DNA of 64,000 bases from Chloropicon primus (Eukaryota), in contig CP060760.1 of the NCBI GenBank assembly GCA_023205875.1, positions 682,001 through 746,000 of the forward strand, written 5' to 3'. The position numbers and the translations under genes were made by a program. Below the pieces are notes generated by a model. That model saw only the letters and a program-made list of their open reading frames with translations. It searched no databases and was not told where the DNA came from. The stretch's first letter is position 1. The number at the start of each line of letters is the position of its first letter. This document shows positions 51,832-61,751 of the stretch, piece after piece.

Positions 51832-53132
51832 CTAGACCGCCACCTTGGGCCCGTTCCTGCTGGAGCCGGGTTTCCTGCTGCTCTTCCTGTATCCTCCCTT
51901 CTTGGGATGCCCCCCTTTGGTCCTCTGAGCCGCCGTGGGCTTCCCCTTGTGCTGCAAGTTGCTGTCCATCTCGGCCAGAGCCTGCTGCTGCTGCGCCCCG
52001 TTCACCTGAGCTGGTTGGCCTCCGAGAGCCTCCTGCGGCCCGTTCGCTGGCGGGGGCGCGGCCGCCTCCTCCACGGCAGCGGTGGCCTCCGCCGCCGAGG
52101 AGGCGTTCGCCAGCACGGGCACGATGTTGTAAAACCCGGTCTTGGAGATCCTCTCCAGCATGTCCTCCAAGTTGCACAAGGTTCCGTCGGAGAGGGGGAC
52201 CTCCATCCTGTCCCTCTTGCCCCCCTCGGCGTACTCCTTCGCCAAGGCCACGCAGTGCTCAAGTGCCTGCTTGTGCGACAAGAGCTGGTTCATGGGCCTG
52301 GAGCTCAGGTAGAAGGCGAAGGCGCTGAGCCCGTCGAGGTGCTTCTGAGTCATCATGGTCATGCCGCCCGCCGCGGCATCCTCCTTGTCCAGCAGGCTGT
52401 CGTAGCCGAGGTAAGCCGCCCGCTCGTAGTGAGCCAAATTGTTTCCCGTGGAGGTGTCGAAGAGGCGACCAAAGTAGAACACCTTCAAGAGCTTCTCGAT
52501 GGCCTCCTGCACCTTCGCGCTCGAGTTCTCGCCGGGACTCGCCCTCTCCTTCTTGGCGGGCTTCTCCTCCTTCTTCTCCTGCTGGTGCTTCTCCGCCCTC
52601 TTCCTCCACCTCTCAGCCTCCCTTTCCGCCCTCCGCAGCTCCCTCTCCCTCTCCTTGTCCTTGGCCTGGAGCTCCTCCTCCACCGTCTTCTTCAGCCTCT
52701 CCACTTCCTCGATCACGCTCAGCGTCAGCGGCTTGCTCCTGATCGCCTCCTCCTGCTGCTCGTTGATCGTTTTCCCTTCGCGGACTTTCTTCTCGATCTC
52801 CTCCACGTTACGCAGCTGCGCCAGGCCACGACAAACCAAGCGCTTCGTCAGACCCAAAAAAATCACAGCAACCAGCAAAAAAAAACACGAACGAAGCAGG
52901 GAATCGTCGACCACCGTCGTCCGCGAGATCACCTTGGCCATCCCCAGTGGTGGTTTGGATCCCTTCCCTTCCCTTCCCCTCGCCCACTCACTCACTCACT
53001 CACCTTCTTCCTGAGGGCTCTGAGCCTCTTGGAGAACACGGACGAGACCGAGTTCTCCTGAAAGGTCTTGTCGGGGACCTGCCCCTGTCCCTGCGTCGCG
53101 GTTGTCTTGTTCCTCGCTTCCGCCATCGCCAT
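51832..53132 (-). CDS. Caprin-1-like / plant glycine-rich-protein family coiled-coil protein, 2 exons (53132-53004, 52815-51832)
   Basis: Splicing a GTGAGT...GCAG intron joins SKRLRALRKK|LRNVEEIEKK..GKTINEQQEEAIRSK; YFGRLFD, ERAAYLGYD and SRP...LSHKQALEHCV match the conserved plant family. Confidence 0.75.
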
Positions 53133-53565
53133 CGCCAATCGTCGTTCTCTGGCGATCGATCGATCGAGTTTGAAACCTGAGGGAACGAGGCGCCAGACCC
53201 ACGAGGCGGGAAGGGGAGCGACGCGTTTGAGGAGCGGCGAACAAGGGGAGGGGGCTGGAGGGGGGGACCACGACGCGAGGCGTCTCACGGGCTTTCGATC
53301 GGTCCGTCGCTTGGCGGGTTTGGTGGCCTGAGGCTTCGAGAGCGAGGGGAGCGAGCGAGGGGAGGGACGGGTGAGTAACGGTCATTAACGGACGAGAAGT
53401 TTAGGGCGTTGGACGGGCACGAGGGGGGGGGGAGGCGAAGGTGCGACTCACACGCTTTCGTAAGCTGACATCGACTTTTTGTTTTTGTTCGGGCCTTTGC
53501 TCTCTCTCTCTCCCTCTCCCTCTCTTTTGTGTGTTTTGCTTTGGCTTTGGCTCGTAGGGGGAAAG

Positions 53566-56058
53566 ATGCAGCCGCTCGACGGGGTGACTGTGACGAGCCG
53601 CTTCGGGGGGAGGCGAGCGAACAGGGATTACGTCAAGTGGCTTGCCGTCCTGGCCGGTGTTGTGTGTTTTGCGTGGGTCGTATCCTTTCTGTTTCGTCCA
53701 AGCTTTCCCAAGCCGACCACGAGCTTCGACCTGAATCAGGCGAGGTGGGATCCGATGGAAAAGAGCGACAGCGTGGAGCAGAGCTCGGGAGAGGACGCGG
53801 CGATCGTTGGGGACGACTCGAGGAACGAGACCGTCTTCAGCGTGAGCGCAGGCGACCCCAACTCGAGGAACGAGACCGTCTTCAACGTGAGCGCAGGCGA
53901 CCCCAACTCGAGGAACGAGACCGTCTTCAACGTGAGCGCAGGCGACGAGAATCTGAATACCAGCGACGACGTGGACGTCCTCGAGGCGACTCGAGGCGCG
54001 CTGCAGGGACCGGACGCGAACGAAACCAAGGTCATCTCCATCGTTGCGAACGGGAATGGCGCTGCGGCGAATTCGAGCCTGGACGACGAGGGGGGGCCAC
54101 GAGAAGCCAGCCCCGGCAGCGAGGCGAGCGTGCCCAAGAATGGCACGAGGGGTGCGAACGAGACCGCCGCGGAGGAGGAGGGCCGGTGGACGAAGAGAAT
54201 GATGATTCCCGCATCCGTTGCTACTGTGGAGGACCAATACTTTTGCACAGCGATGCCTCTTGAGCGAGAGTCCCAAGCCATCAAGTCTTTCACCCCAAGA
54301 GCAAATGTGGAGTTCGTTCACCACATGGTAGTCTACACGTGCGAGGAGGAGCCCAAGCCGAGGAATCCACGGACCATCGTAACGAGTGACGGGCAGGAGC
54401 ACGTCGTGTGGGACTGCTTGGAGGAGCCGGTGTGCATTTCGAGCCAAGGGTACGACTTCGGTCGCATCATATATGCTTGGGCGCTCGGAGCGGAAAAATT
54501 TGATACCGGGCCAGACACTGGCTTCGTGGTTGGATCGCGACCCGGAATCAACGCGCCATACATCGTGCTGCAAACCCATTTTCTTAAGCCTGCATCAGCG
54601 GCAACAAGAGAAGAATTTGGGGAGGTGGAGTTCGAATTCTCGACTGAATTTCCGCAGAAGATCTTGTCCATCGACTTGTTCGCCAACTCACGTTTCGTGC
54701 TGCCACCCAAGGAAGCCAAGGTGGAGGTGGAGGCAAGATGCTGCATGCAGGGCTCCAGCTCCGCAAACCTCTATGCCTATCGCGTGCATGCACATAGCTT
54801 CGCGAGGAATATTTCTCTCAGCATCGGGGACGAGATGATTGCTTCTGGGGACCCTCAGCTGCCTCACTTCTTCACGAAAACGAATGACCCTAACAAGAAG
54901 CTGAATTTCGGGTCAGACTGGATGGCGACCTGCACATATGACACGGAAGACAGCGATTCTCCGATTTACGTCGGCCAGGGTCACAACAATGAGATGTGCA
55001 ACATGTATTTAATGCTCTCGTCTCACGTGCCGCTGTTCAGCACGTGCCAATCCCGTGCTGCGGCCCCCCTGCTTTCTTACCCAGACTGCAAGATTCCACC
55101 ATATGTCGTGACAGAAGAGTACCTGGAAGGACGATTGACCGTGAAAACTGTGCTAGAGGTGCCTGGCATGGGCCAGGTCGCTGGCTTGCACATGGGATTC
55201 AATGGCAGTGCCCACCACATGCTGATCTTTCATCGAGCGGATAGAGAGATGCTGCAGTATGACCACACGGGCCCGATTCAAAGCGATGCTTTCATGGTTT
55301 GGGACACGAAGAAGAACAGAGTGACCGCCCAATTCGGAAGAGGCCTTTCTGTTCTGCCCCACGGCCTCACCATAGACAGAGACTTTAACATCTGGACCAC
55401 TGATGTTGATTCCCAGTTGGCATACAAGTACGATCCCACAGGGAAGTTGATTTTCACGGTAGGGCTTCAAGGCCACCGTGGAAGCGACAAGGAGCACCTG
55501 TGCCGCCCCACCGAGGTGGCTGTTTCAAACTCGGGCGAGTTCTTTGTTTCAGATGGATATTGCAACAGCAGAGTCATGAAGTACAGCGCTGCCGGGGAAG
55601 TGATGGAGGAATTCGCATTGAAGGGCGCGTTCGTGCCACACTCGTTGGTACTGGACGACTGCTCAGCTACCCTGTTTGTGGCCGACAGAGAGAACAGCCA
55701 GATTCGCCTCGTCAATGCGAACGATGGGACAGAAGGCAGACCGATCAACCTCACGTCCTACGGCAAAGTGTACAGCCTCACGAAGGACGAGTATGGAAAT
55801 ATTTACGCGCTCGCGTGGGACAGGAACTTTTCGAGAAAGGTGTACCTCTTGCAGCTTCAAGGGGGGAATCTCTCTGGTCCATTCTCCTACGAATTTGCTT
55901 CGTACGATATCGCGGCAGTGGAGCTCCCGGGCATTCAGTACCCGCATGATTTCGCTGTGAGTTACAACTTCGCAGAGCACTCCTTGCACATCTTTGTGGG
56001 CGAGACAGGGCCTGGCCCGCACGGCAAGATCACTTTGTTCGATTTCAGTTTACTGTAA
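53566..56058 (+). CDS. PAM: Bifunctional peptidylglycine alpha-amidating monooxygenase (PHM + PAL)
   Basis: PHM copper ligands VHHM, LQTHF, RVHAH, EMCNMY; PAL NHL-repeat motifs PHGLTID, CRPTEVAV, SDGYCNSRV, VPHSL, VADRENSQI, YPHDFAV. Confidence 0.92.
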   Translation: MQPLDGVTVTSRFGGRRANRDYVKWLAVLAGVVCFAWVVSFLFRPSFPKPTTSFDLNQARWDPMEKSDSVEQSSGEDAAIVGDDSRNETVFSVSAGDPNSRNETVFNVSAGDPNSRNETVFNVSAGDENLNTSDDVDVLEATRGALQGPDANETKVISIVANGNGAAANSSLDDEGGPREASPGSEASVPKNGTRGANETAAEEEGRWTKRMMIPASVATVEDQYFCTAMPLERESQAIKSFTPRANVEFVHHMVVYTCEEEPKPRNPRTIVTSDGQEHVVWDCLEEPVCISSQGYDFGRIIYAWALGAEKFDTGPDTGFVVGSRPGINAPYIVLQTHFLKPASAATREEFGEVEFEFSTEFPQKILSIDLFANSRFVLPPKEAKVEVEARCCMQGSSSANLYAYRVHAHSFARNISLSIGDEMIASGDPQLPHFFTKTNDPNKKLNFGSDWMATCTYDTEDSDSPIYVGQGHNNEMCNMYLMLSSHVPLFSTCQSRAAAPLLSYPDCKIPPYVVTEEYLEGRLTVKTVLEVPGMGQVAGLHMGFNGSAHHMLIFHRADREMLQYDHTGPIQSDAFMVWDTKKNRVTAQFGRGLSVLPHGLTIDRDFNIWTTDVDSQLAYKYDPTGKLIFTVGLQGHRGSDKEHLCRPTEVAVSNSGEFFVSDGYCNSRVMKYSAAGEVMEEFALKGAFVPHSLVLDDCSATLFVADRENSQIRLVNANDGTEGRPINLTSYGKVYSLTKDEYGNIYALAWDRNFSRKVYLLQLQGGNLSGPFSYEFASYDIAAVELPGIQYPHDFAVSYNFAEHSLHIFVGETGPGPHGKITLFDFSLL
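53816..53946 (+). repeat. 45-bp coding tandem repeat, 3 copies (NSRNETVFNVSAGDP), in the PAM stem region
   Basis: actcgaggaacgagaccgtcttca(g/a)cgtgagcgcaggcgac at 53816, 53861 and 53906. Confidence 0.92.
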
Positions 56059-56093
56059 AGAAAAATAATCTAGAGACTAGAACCAAAAAGATT

Positions 56094-58393
56094 TTATGGA
56101 CATCTCAGAGAATACGTAGCCTCTGTTCTGTTCTCTTCCTTGGCCGCGGAGGCGGATCCTCCCTGAGAAGGATACTGCGCTTGCACCTCCTCCCACTTGG
56201 TTTTCATGCTTGACAAGTTTTTCAGAGTGGCGCACAAATCCGAGATTGGAATTCTAACCTGCGAGCAAGTGTCACGTTCCCTGAGCGTAACAGTGTTGTC
56301 CTCGAGGGTGTCATGGTCGACAGTAACCGCGAATGGTACCCCGAGCTCATCTGTTCTAGCATAGCGCCTTCCGATCGAGGTTCCTGTCACGTCTATGATT
56401 GTGGACAATCCAGAGTCCACGAGGGAGTTGCAGACGTCCCTGCAGACGACATTGAACTCCTCCTTCTGAAGCAGAGGGAAGACGGTGCACTTTGTTGGTG
56501 CCACGAGGGGCGTGAACTTGAACACAACCTTCTTGTCATCCTCCTTCTCGCCCTCTGCGCTTTCTCTTACGTAGTAGGTGTGCTCGAACATGCAATAAAG
56601 GATTCTTCCGATACCAAAGGAAGGCTCGATGACACCAGGCGTGATGAACTTGCCACTCACTTTCTTCGTCTCCCTCTCGATCTTCACCATATCTTTCTTG
56701 ATCACGAAATCACCTCCGTCGCAGAAAGCCTTCAAATTTGCCTCTCCAGACTTTTCGAGCTCCGCCTTCATCTTCAGAGCATTCTCCTCTGTCATTGTCT
56801 TCAAAGCGCTGACGACCGTCTTCGCATCCTTCCTGAAAGCTTTTCCGAGGACCTTGCTGATAGGCTCGACCACGAGCTCCTCAACAAACTTAGGCTTGTC
56901 GAATGTTATCCAAGCTCCCATCTCTTTGTTGGTTGCCGCCGCATGCTGCTTGAGATCATACGCGGACCTGTCCGCAATACCCACGCACTCGATCCATCCG
57001 TAACTGGATTCCACTTCGCAGTCCCAGCAATCCTCGGCGTAGTGGGCCATCTCGTGCTCAAGGTGCTGCCTGAATCGCATCCTTTCTGGGTTGATTCCGA
57101 TGGCTACCATGAAGGTGTATACCCTTCCAATGAAGTAAGCGATCGTTTCGTTGTCCATGATTCCAGACTTGACCGCATCCCCCAACTTCATCGTGACGGG
57201 CCTCTTCACGTCGCTGACCTGCTTCTCCCTGGAGAACACAAGCATCTCAAGGTCGGCAACCCTCGAAAACTTTGGGTGGTCCTTGTGCTCCGGGTCCACG
57301 AAATGCTCGATCTCTCCCTGGGTGAATTCTCTCACCCTCAAAATACCCTGCTGAGGGCTGATCTCGTTCCTGAAGCTCTGCCCAAGCTGCGCCGCGGCAA
57401 AAGGCAACTTGTTGCCGTTATAGTAAAGCAGCTGAGGAAAGTTGACGAAGATTCCCTGGGCCGTCTCCGGCCTGAGGTAACCTTGCACGTCTCCCCTGGG
57501 CCCGATGGAGGTGGCGAACATGAGGTTGAAAGGGAAAGGGTCGCTGATCTCGTTGTTGGTATCAGGAGCCTTGACCTCGTACTTCTTCAGCTGAGCGCCC
57601 AGCTCTTGTGCGCCGAGCTCGTCAAGGCGGGCCAGCACATTCTCGATCTCCTTTCTCTTCCCGCCGTCAAGGGGGTTCGCCAGCATCTTCTTCAACACGT
57701 CCTCAAGAAGGTGGTCCGCGCGGTGGCACTCCCCGTTCCCCGCGTCCTTCACCATCAGGTCTGTAAATCGCTCCACGTGGCCACTCGCCTTCAGAACAGG
57801 AGCAGGGGTCACGGCTGGTCCCTCGATCTGTTCGATGCAAGCAGGAAAAAAACGAAAAGAAAAAAAGGTTAGGAATCCGTTCGTTCCCCTCGTCTCCCCC
57901 CCCCTCTCTCTCAGGGGAGCCTGGCGCGCGCGCGTGTTCCCAGCTTTGGTTCCCCTAGCGACGTTGGCGCGGCACGTACCTCGAGCATGTTCTCCTCCAA
58001 GATGAAGTGACGCTTCCAGAAGTCCTGGATGTTCGACTTGACGGCGCACCCAGGTGGCCCGTAGTCGAAGAGGCCGGCAGTTCCACCGTAAATCGAAAAG
58101 GATTGCGTGATGAACATCCTCCTCTCGAGGGCGTTTCCAACCGCGCGCCTGAAAGCTTCCTTGTTCACGGAGGAAGCCGAACCCCCTCCGACGAGCTCAT
58201 CGAACCTCTTCCTCTTCCCGTCCAACTCCAACTTGAGCTTCTTCAACAAGGCAATGGCCTCGTTGAGTTCCTCCTTGGTCTTCTCCCCCTTCTTCACCGC
58301 CGCCTTCAGAGCCCGCACGTTGTTCCCTTGCTCGTCCGCCACCGCCTGCGCCTCCAACACTTCCTTCTCCACTTCACCAAGCTCCTCTCCCAT
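56094..58393 (-). CDS. GARS: Glycyl-tRNA synthetase, eukaryotic alpha2 type with WHEP domain, 2 exons (58393-57980, 57827-56094)
   Basis: IYGGTAGLFDYGPPGC, MLE|IEGPAVTP..VLKASGHV, YLRPETAQGIF, FRNEISP, VIEPSFGIGR, SIGRRYARTDELG; GTACGT...CAG intron. Confidence 0.96.
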
Positions 58394-58563
58394 CTCTCTC
58401 TCTCTCTCCTCTCCTCTCTCTCTCTCTCTCTCTCGAGCGTCTCTCGAGCGCCGCCGATCGTGATCGTGATTGATCGCGCGGCGCTGGCTGCCAAAGTAAC
58501 TGACGAGGAGGCGACCGCGACCGCGACCGCGACATTGAGACGAAGCCGAGGGAAGGAAGAGGG

Positions 58564-58946
58564 ATGGCCGTGGAATGCAACCTGAGCGGAGAGGACGTGC
58601 TCATCCTCGTCCTCAACTTCATACTCCCTTGTGTCGGAGTCTACATGTAAGCCTCTTGCTTTCTCTTGCTCTCTTGTCTCGAAAACCTGATGGGCTGACG
58701 GACTGACTTTGCGTTCGACAGGAAGGCACAGAAGTTCGACGTGAATTTTTGGATCGCCTTGGTGCTGGTAAGTCAGGGTCAACGAGGGCCCGCACCACAC
58801 ACTCTCTCCTCCACGCGGGAATGGACACTGACGCACGCACGCCACGCACATGACACAAGATGGTTTTCGTTGTGACCTGGCCCCTCGCCATCGTTTTCGC
58901 CTACCTCTACTACTTCGACATCGTTCGCGTGAACAGCGCTTCGTAG
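58564..58946 (+). CDS. PMP3/RCI2 (UPF0057)-like small proteolipid, 3 exons (58564-58646, 58722-58767, 58860-58946), 71 aa
   Basis: Two GTAAG introns with CTGAC branch sites. Product MAVECNLSGEDVLILVLNFILPCVGVYMKAQKFDVNFWIALVLMVFVVTWPLAIVFAYLYYFDIVRVNSAS has the two-helix ILPxxGV...FWIxLxL...PxxIxxA pattern. Confidence 0.8.
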
Positions 58947-59069
58947 TTGCACCACCACCGTCTGAGCAGAAAAGGAAGGAGGGAAGGAACAATATAGAGT
59001 ACAAGCTTTCGGTTACACAACACAGATAAACATTGTTTTTAATGTACAACCCACGAGCCACGAGCGCGC

Positions 59070-60833
59070 TCAGGTCTCCTTGATGGCCCGCAGCTCGGTT
59101 TTCTCGGCGCTCTCGCTCCTGTAGAACGAGAGCTTCTTGACGGCCTCGACCCAGACCATGCCGACCACGAAGAGCAAGACGGCCATCATGGGGTAAGTTC
59201 GACGGATTCTGCCCTGGCCGAAAATAAGGAAAACCTGCTGCAGAATGCTGCTCAGAGACTTGCCCACTTGCGAACCCACTACATCTATGGCGGCCTTGCC
59301 GCTCCTCCTGCTGTTCTCGTCCAAGGTGATGTACACCATCTCCTCCGCGGGCTTGAGCAGGCTGAACTTGCTGGCCCTTCCAAAGATGTAGAGGGAGGTG
59401 CCCGCCAGGATGATCCCCGCCTGCATGGACGGCGTGCCAAAGATCATGGAGAGGAAGAAGACCATGCCCCCGTAGAGCATGAGAAAAGGGTTCACAGAGG
59501 CGACCTGCCTCCAGCTGCACTTGAGGAAGATCGTCGGGGACACGATCATCGCCGCGCCCGTGCACAGACCCAGAGCCGAGGAGACCGAGCCCATGAAGGC
59601 CGAGTAGAGCCTGGGGTCCCCAAACTTTTCCCTCAGGCTGGCCTTCCAAGCGACCTCCACCAGGTTCGTGGTGATTCCCTGCGCCAGGGCCACCACCGCG
59701 AGGCACTGCAACGCCGGGGACGACAGCAGAACCTTGGCGTTCTCCCAGAAGCTCTTCTTCTCCTCCTTCTGCCCAGACTCCGCCAGCGCGGCCTGCGCCT
59801 CCTTCTTGGCCTTCTCCTGCGCCAAAACCTTGGGCCTCACGAACTTGCCGTCCAGCCAGTGGTGGAGGCCCAGGATGCAGGCCGCCACCCCGATTGTCAA
59901 GTTCACCAGGAACTTGAGTTGCGAGTCGTAGCTCAGGTGGCCGGAGAACTGCTTCACGTTTCTCAGAATCTGACCCGACACGAACTGGGCCACGTTCGCC
60001 CCCAGGCCGAACAAGGGGTACAGGACGATGGCGTCCTTGTGGTCCGTCGTCTCGTTGGCGAGGACCCAAAAGTTCAAGCTCAGGATCACGTCGCCCCACA
60101 GCTCGCTCAGGACGTAGAACAGGGTGAAGGTCCACTGGTGGACGACGTGCCCGAGGGCCTGGAGGCCCTGGGGCAGCACCTGCGAGGCCCAGGCCGCGAA
60201 CTTGTCGTTGTGCAAGGCCGCCCTGTTCGGGTACAGCACGTGGGCGAACAACGCGAAGAAGCCCATGAACAGGCACACCGTCCAGTTGAAGACCCTCCTC
60301 CGGCTGTACCTCTTGCTCGACACGCTGAACAGGAAGAGGAACAGGCAGCTCGCGGGCAGGACGGCGTAGAGGGTGACGAAAGGGATCTGCTCCGCCCCCC
60401 CGACCGCCGTGATCAGGAGCGTGTCCTTCGTGGAGTCGAAGATCGTGTTGTTGAACGCCATGAAGAAGAACAGCAGGCACATGGGCAGAAAGTAGCTGAC
60501 CTTGTCGGACAGCACCGCGATCTGCCTGGACAGAAACGACGATGATGATGACGATGATGATGGTGGTGGTGAGGAGGAGGAGGAGGAGGAGGGGGAGGCA
60601 TCCCCCTCGGCCCCAGCCGAGACCACGACGCGGTCCCCTCGACTCCCTTCCCCCGCACCAGCACCAGCGCCAGCACCAACGACGACACGGTGGCGACAAA
60701 GCTGCACCAACGACGACAGCGTGGGCCGCCGACCACGCAGGCAGGAGCTCCGCGGCCGGTCGGGCGCCGCGGAGCGTCGCGATCTCGCCGCCGGGCCGAC
60801 GCGGCGAACCCTAAGTCCAAGCACCCCCGTCAT
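59070..60833 (-). CDS. Plastidic ATP/ADP translocase (NTT/TLC family)
   Basis: FNNTIFDSTKDTL, GAEQIPF, LFYVLSELWG, FWVLANE, YPLFGLGAN, KPAEEMVYITLD...GKAAIDVVG..GKS; N-terminal transit peptide. Confidence 0.92.
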   Translation of the reverse strand: MTGVLGLRVRRVGPAARSRRSAAPDRPRSSCLRGRRPTLSSLVQLCRHRVVVGAGAGAGAGEGSRGDRVVVSAGAEGDASPSSSSSSSPPPSSSSSSSSFLSRQIAVLSDKVSYFLPMCLLFFFMAFNNTIFDSTKDTLLITAVGGAEQIPFVTLYAVLPASCLFLFLFSVSSKRYSRRRVFNWTVCLFMGFFALFAHVLYPNRAALHNDKFAAWASQVLPQGLQALGHVVHQWTFTLFYVLSELWGDVILSLNFWVLANETTDHKDAIVLYPLFGLGANVAQFVSGQILRNVKQFSGHLSYDSQLKFLVNLTIGVAACILGLHHWLDGKFVRPKVLAQEKAKKEAQAALAESGQKEEKKSFWENAKVLLSSPALQCLAVVALAQGITTNLVEVAWKASLREKFGDPRLYSAFMGSVSSALGLCTGAAMIVSPTIFLKCSWRQVASVNPFLMLYGGMVFFLSMIFGTPSMQAGIILAGTSLYIFGRASKFSLLKPAEEMVYITLDENSRRSGKAAIDVVGSQVGKSLSSILQQVFLIFGQGRIRRTYPMMAVLLFVVGMVWVEAVKKLSFYRSESAEKTELRAIKET

Positions 60834-61245
60834 CTCTCTCTCTATCAATCAAACCAATCAACCAATCAACCAATCGAACAACCAATGTCTCTCTGACGCG
60901 GTCGCTCGGTCGCGCGAGGAGAGGCGATCGAGTCCGTGCGAAGCCAGGTGTCCTGGTCGTGCGAGCCCTCCCGCCACTTCGTTCGCCTCGCCTCGAGCTC
61001 GGAGGTTCTTCCCTTCGCCGCCGACGCGAACGACTGAGCTTTTGTTTCAGCCACAGAATTGCAGATCGAGGGCCAGGGCATGTGAAGCGAGGAGGGAAGG
61101 GATGGGGGGAGGCGTCCACTTCACTTCATGGGGGGTGGAGTGACGTCGCTTTTTCCGTGGTGCCGGTTTCTTCAAGATTCTCGCCTTCCGTTTCTTCAGT
61201 CAGGTTTTTGTTTTTACTCGACACCGACACACCACACCACACCAC

Positions 61246-61574
61246 ACCTCCCGTGAAAGTGTGGAAGTGAAGCTGGATCGATCTTTTTGTTCTTTCCGCT
61301 GCAGGATCCGTTCCCACCGCGAAGGAGGAAGGTGGTGGGGACGGGTGCCTGGGATTGACCACTCCTTTGCTCTCCCCAAGCCCTCGCCTTTGCCTCTGGC
61401 CTTCCTCCACACACTCTCTCTTTTTGAGAGAGACACCACTAACCTCCCCGTGAAAGTGTGGAAGTGAAGCTGGTTTAGTTCTTTCCGCTGCAGGATCCGT
61501 TCCCACCGCGAAGGAGGAAAGTGGCGTGAATGGGTGCCTGGGATTGTCCACTCCTTTGCTCTCCCCAAGCCCTC
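61246..61574 (+). repeat. Diverged direct repeat of ~135 bp (61246-61385 and 61442-61574) in the NTT / orphan-gene divergent intergenic region
   Basis: Both copies contain cccgtgaaagtgtggaagtgaagctgg...gttctttccgctgcaggatccgttcccaccgcgaaggaggaa...gggtgcctgggattg.ccactcctttgctctccccaagccctc. Confidence 0.92.
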
Positions 61575-61751
61575 AGTCCTTTCCCTCCTCTGGCGGGAAA
61601 TTTTGGCGGGAAACGGCCATATTTACTACTGCTGTGGTCGCTTTCGATTCATTCCGAGAGAGATGAGGGCGGGGCATCACCAGCCGTTACAGCCGTTGCC
61701 GTGGGTGGGCCGCCGTGGGCGTTGAGGAGTGAAGGAAGGGAGTACTCCGCG

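Noticed and set aside
58741..58752. AATTTTTGG resembling an snRNA Sm-binding site
   Set aside because: It falls within exon 2 of the PMP3-like gene (codons N-F-W); no U-snRNA sequence is recognisable around it.
58306..60699. 797-aa minus-strand ORF overlapping NTT and reaching GlyRS
   Set aside because: Alternative frame of the NTT gene with low-complexity G/R/P composition; not a credible protein.
59070..60833. NTT as evidence of recent chlamydial or rickettsial gene transfer
   Set aside because: Plastid NTTs are an ancient, well-described acquisition shared across Archaeplastida.
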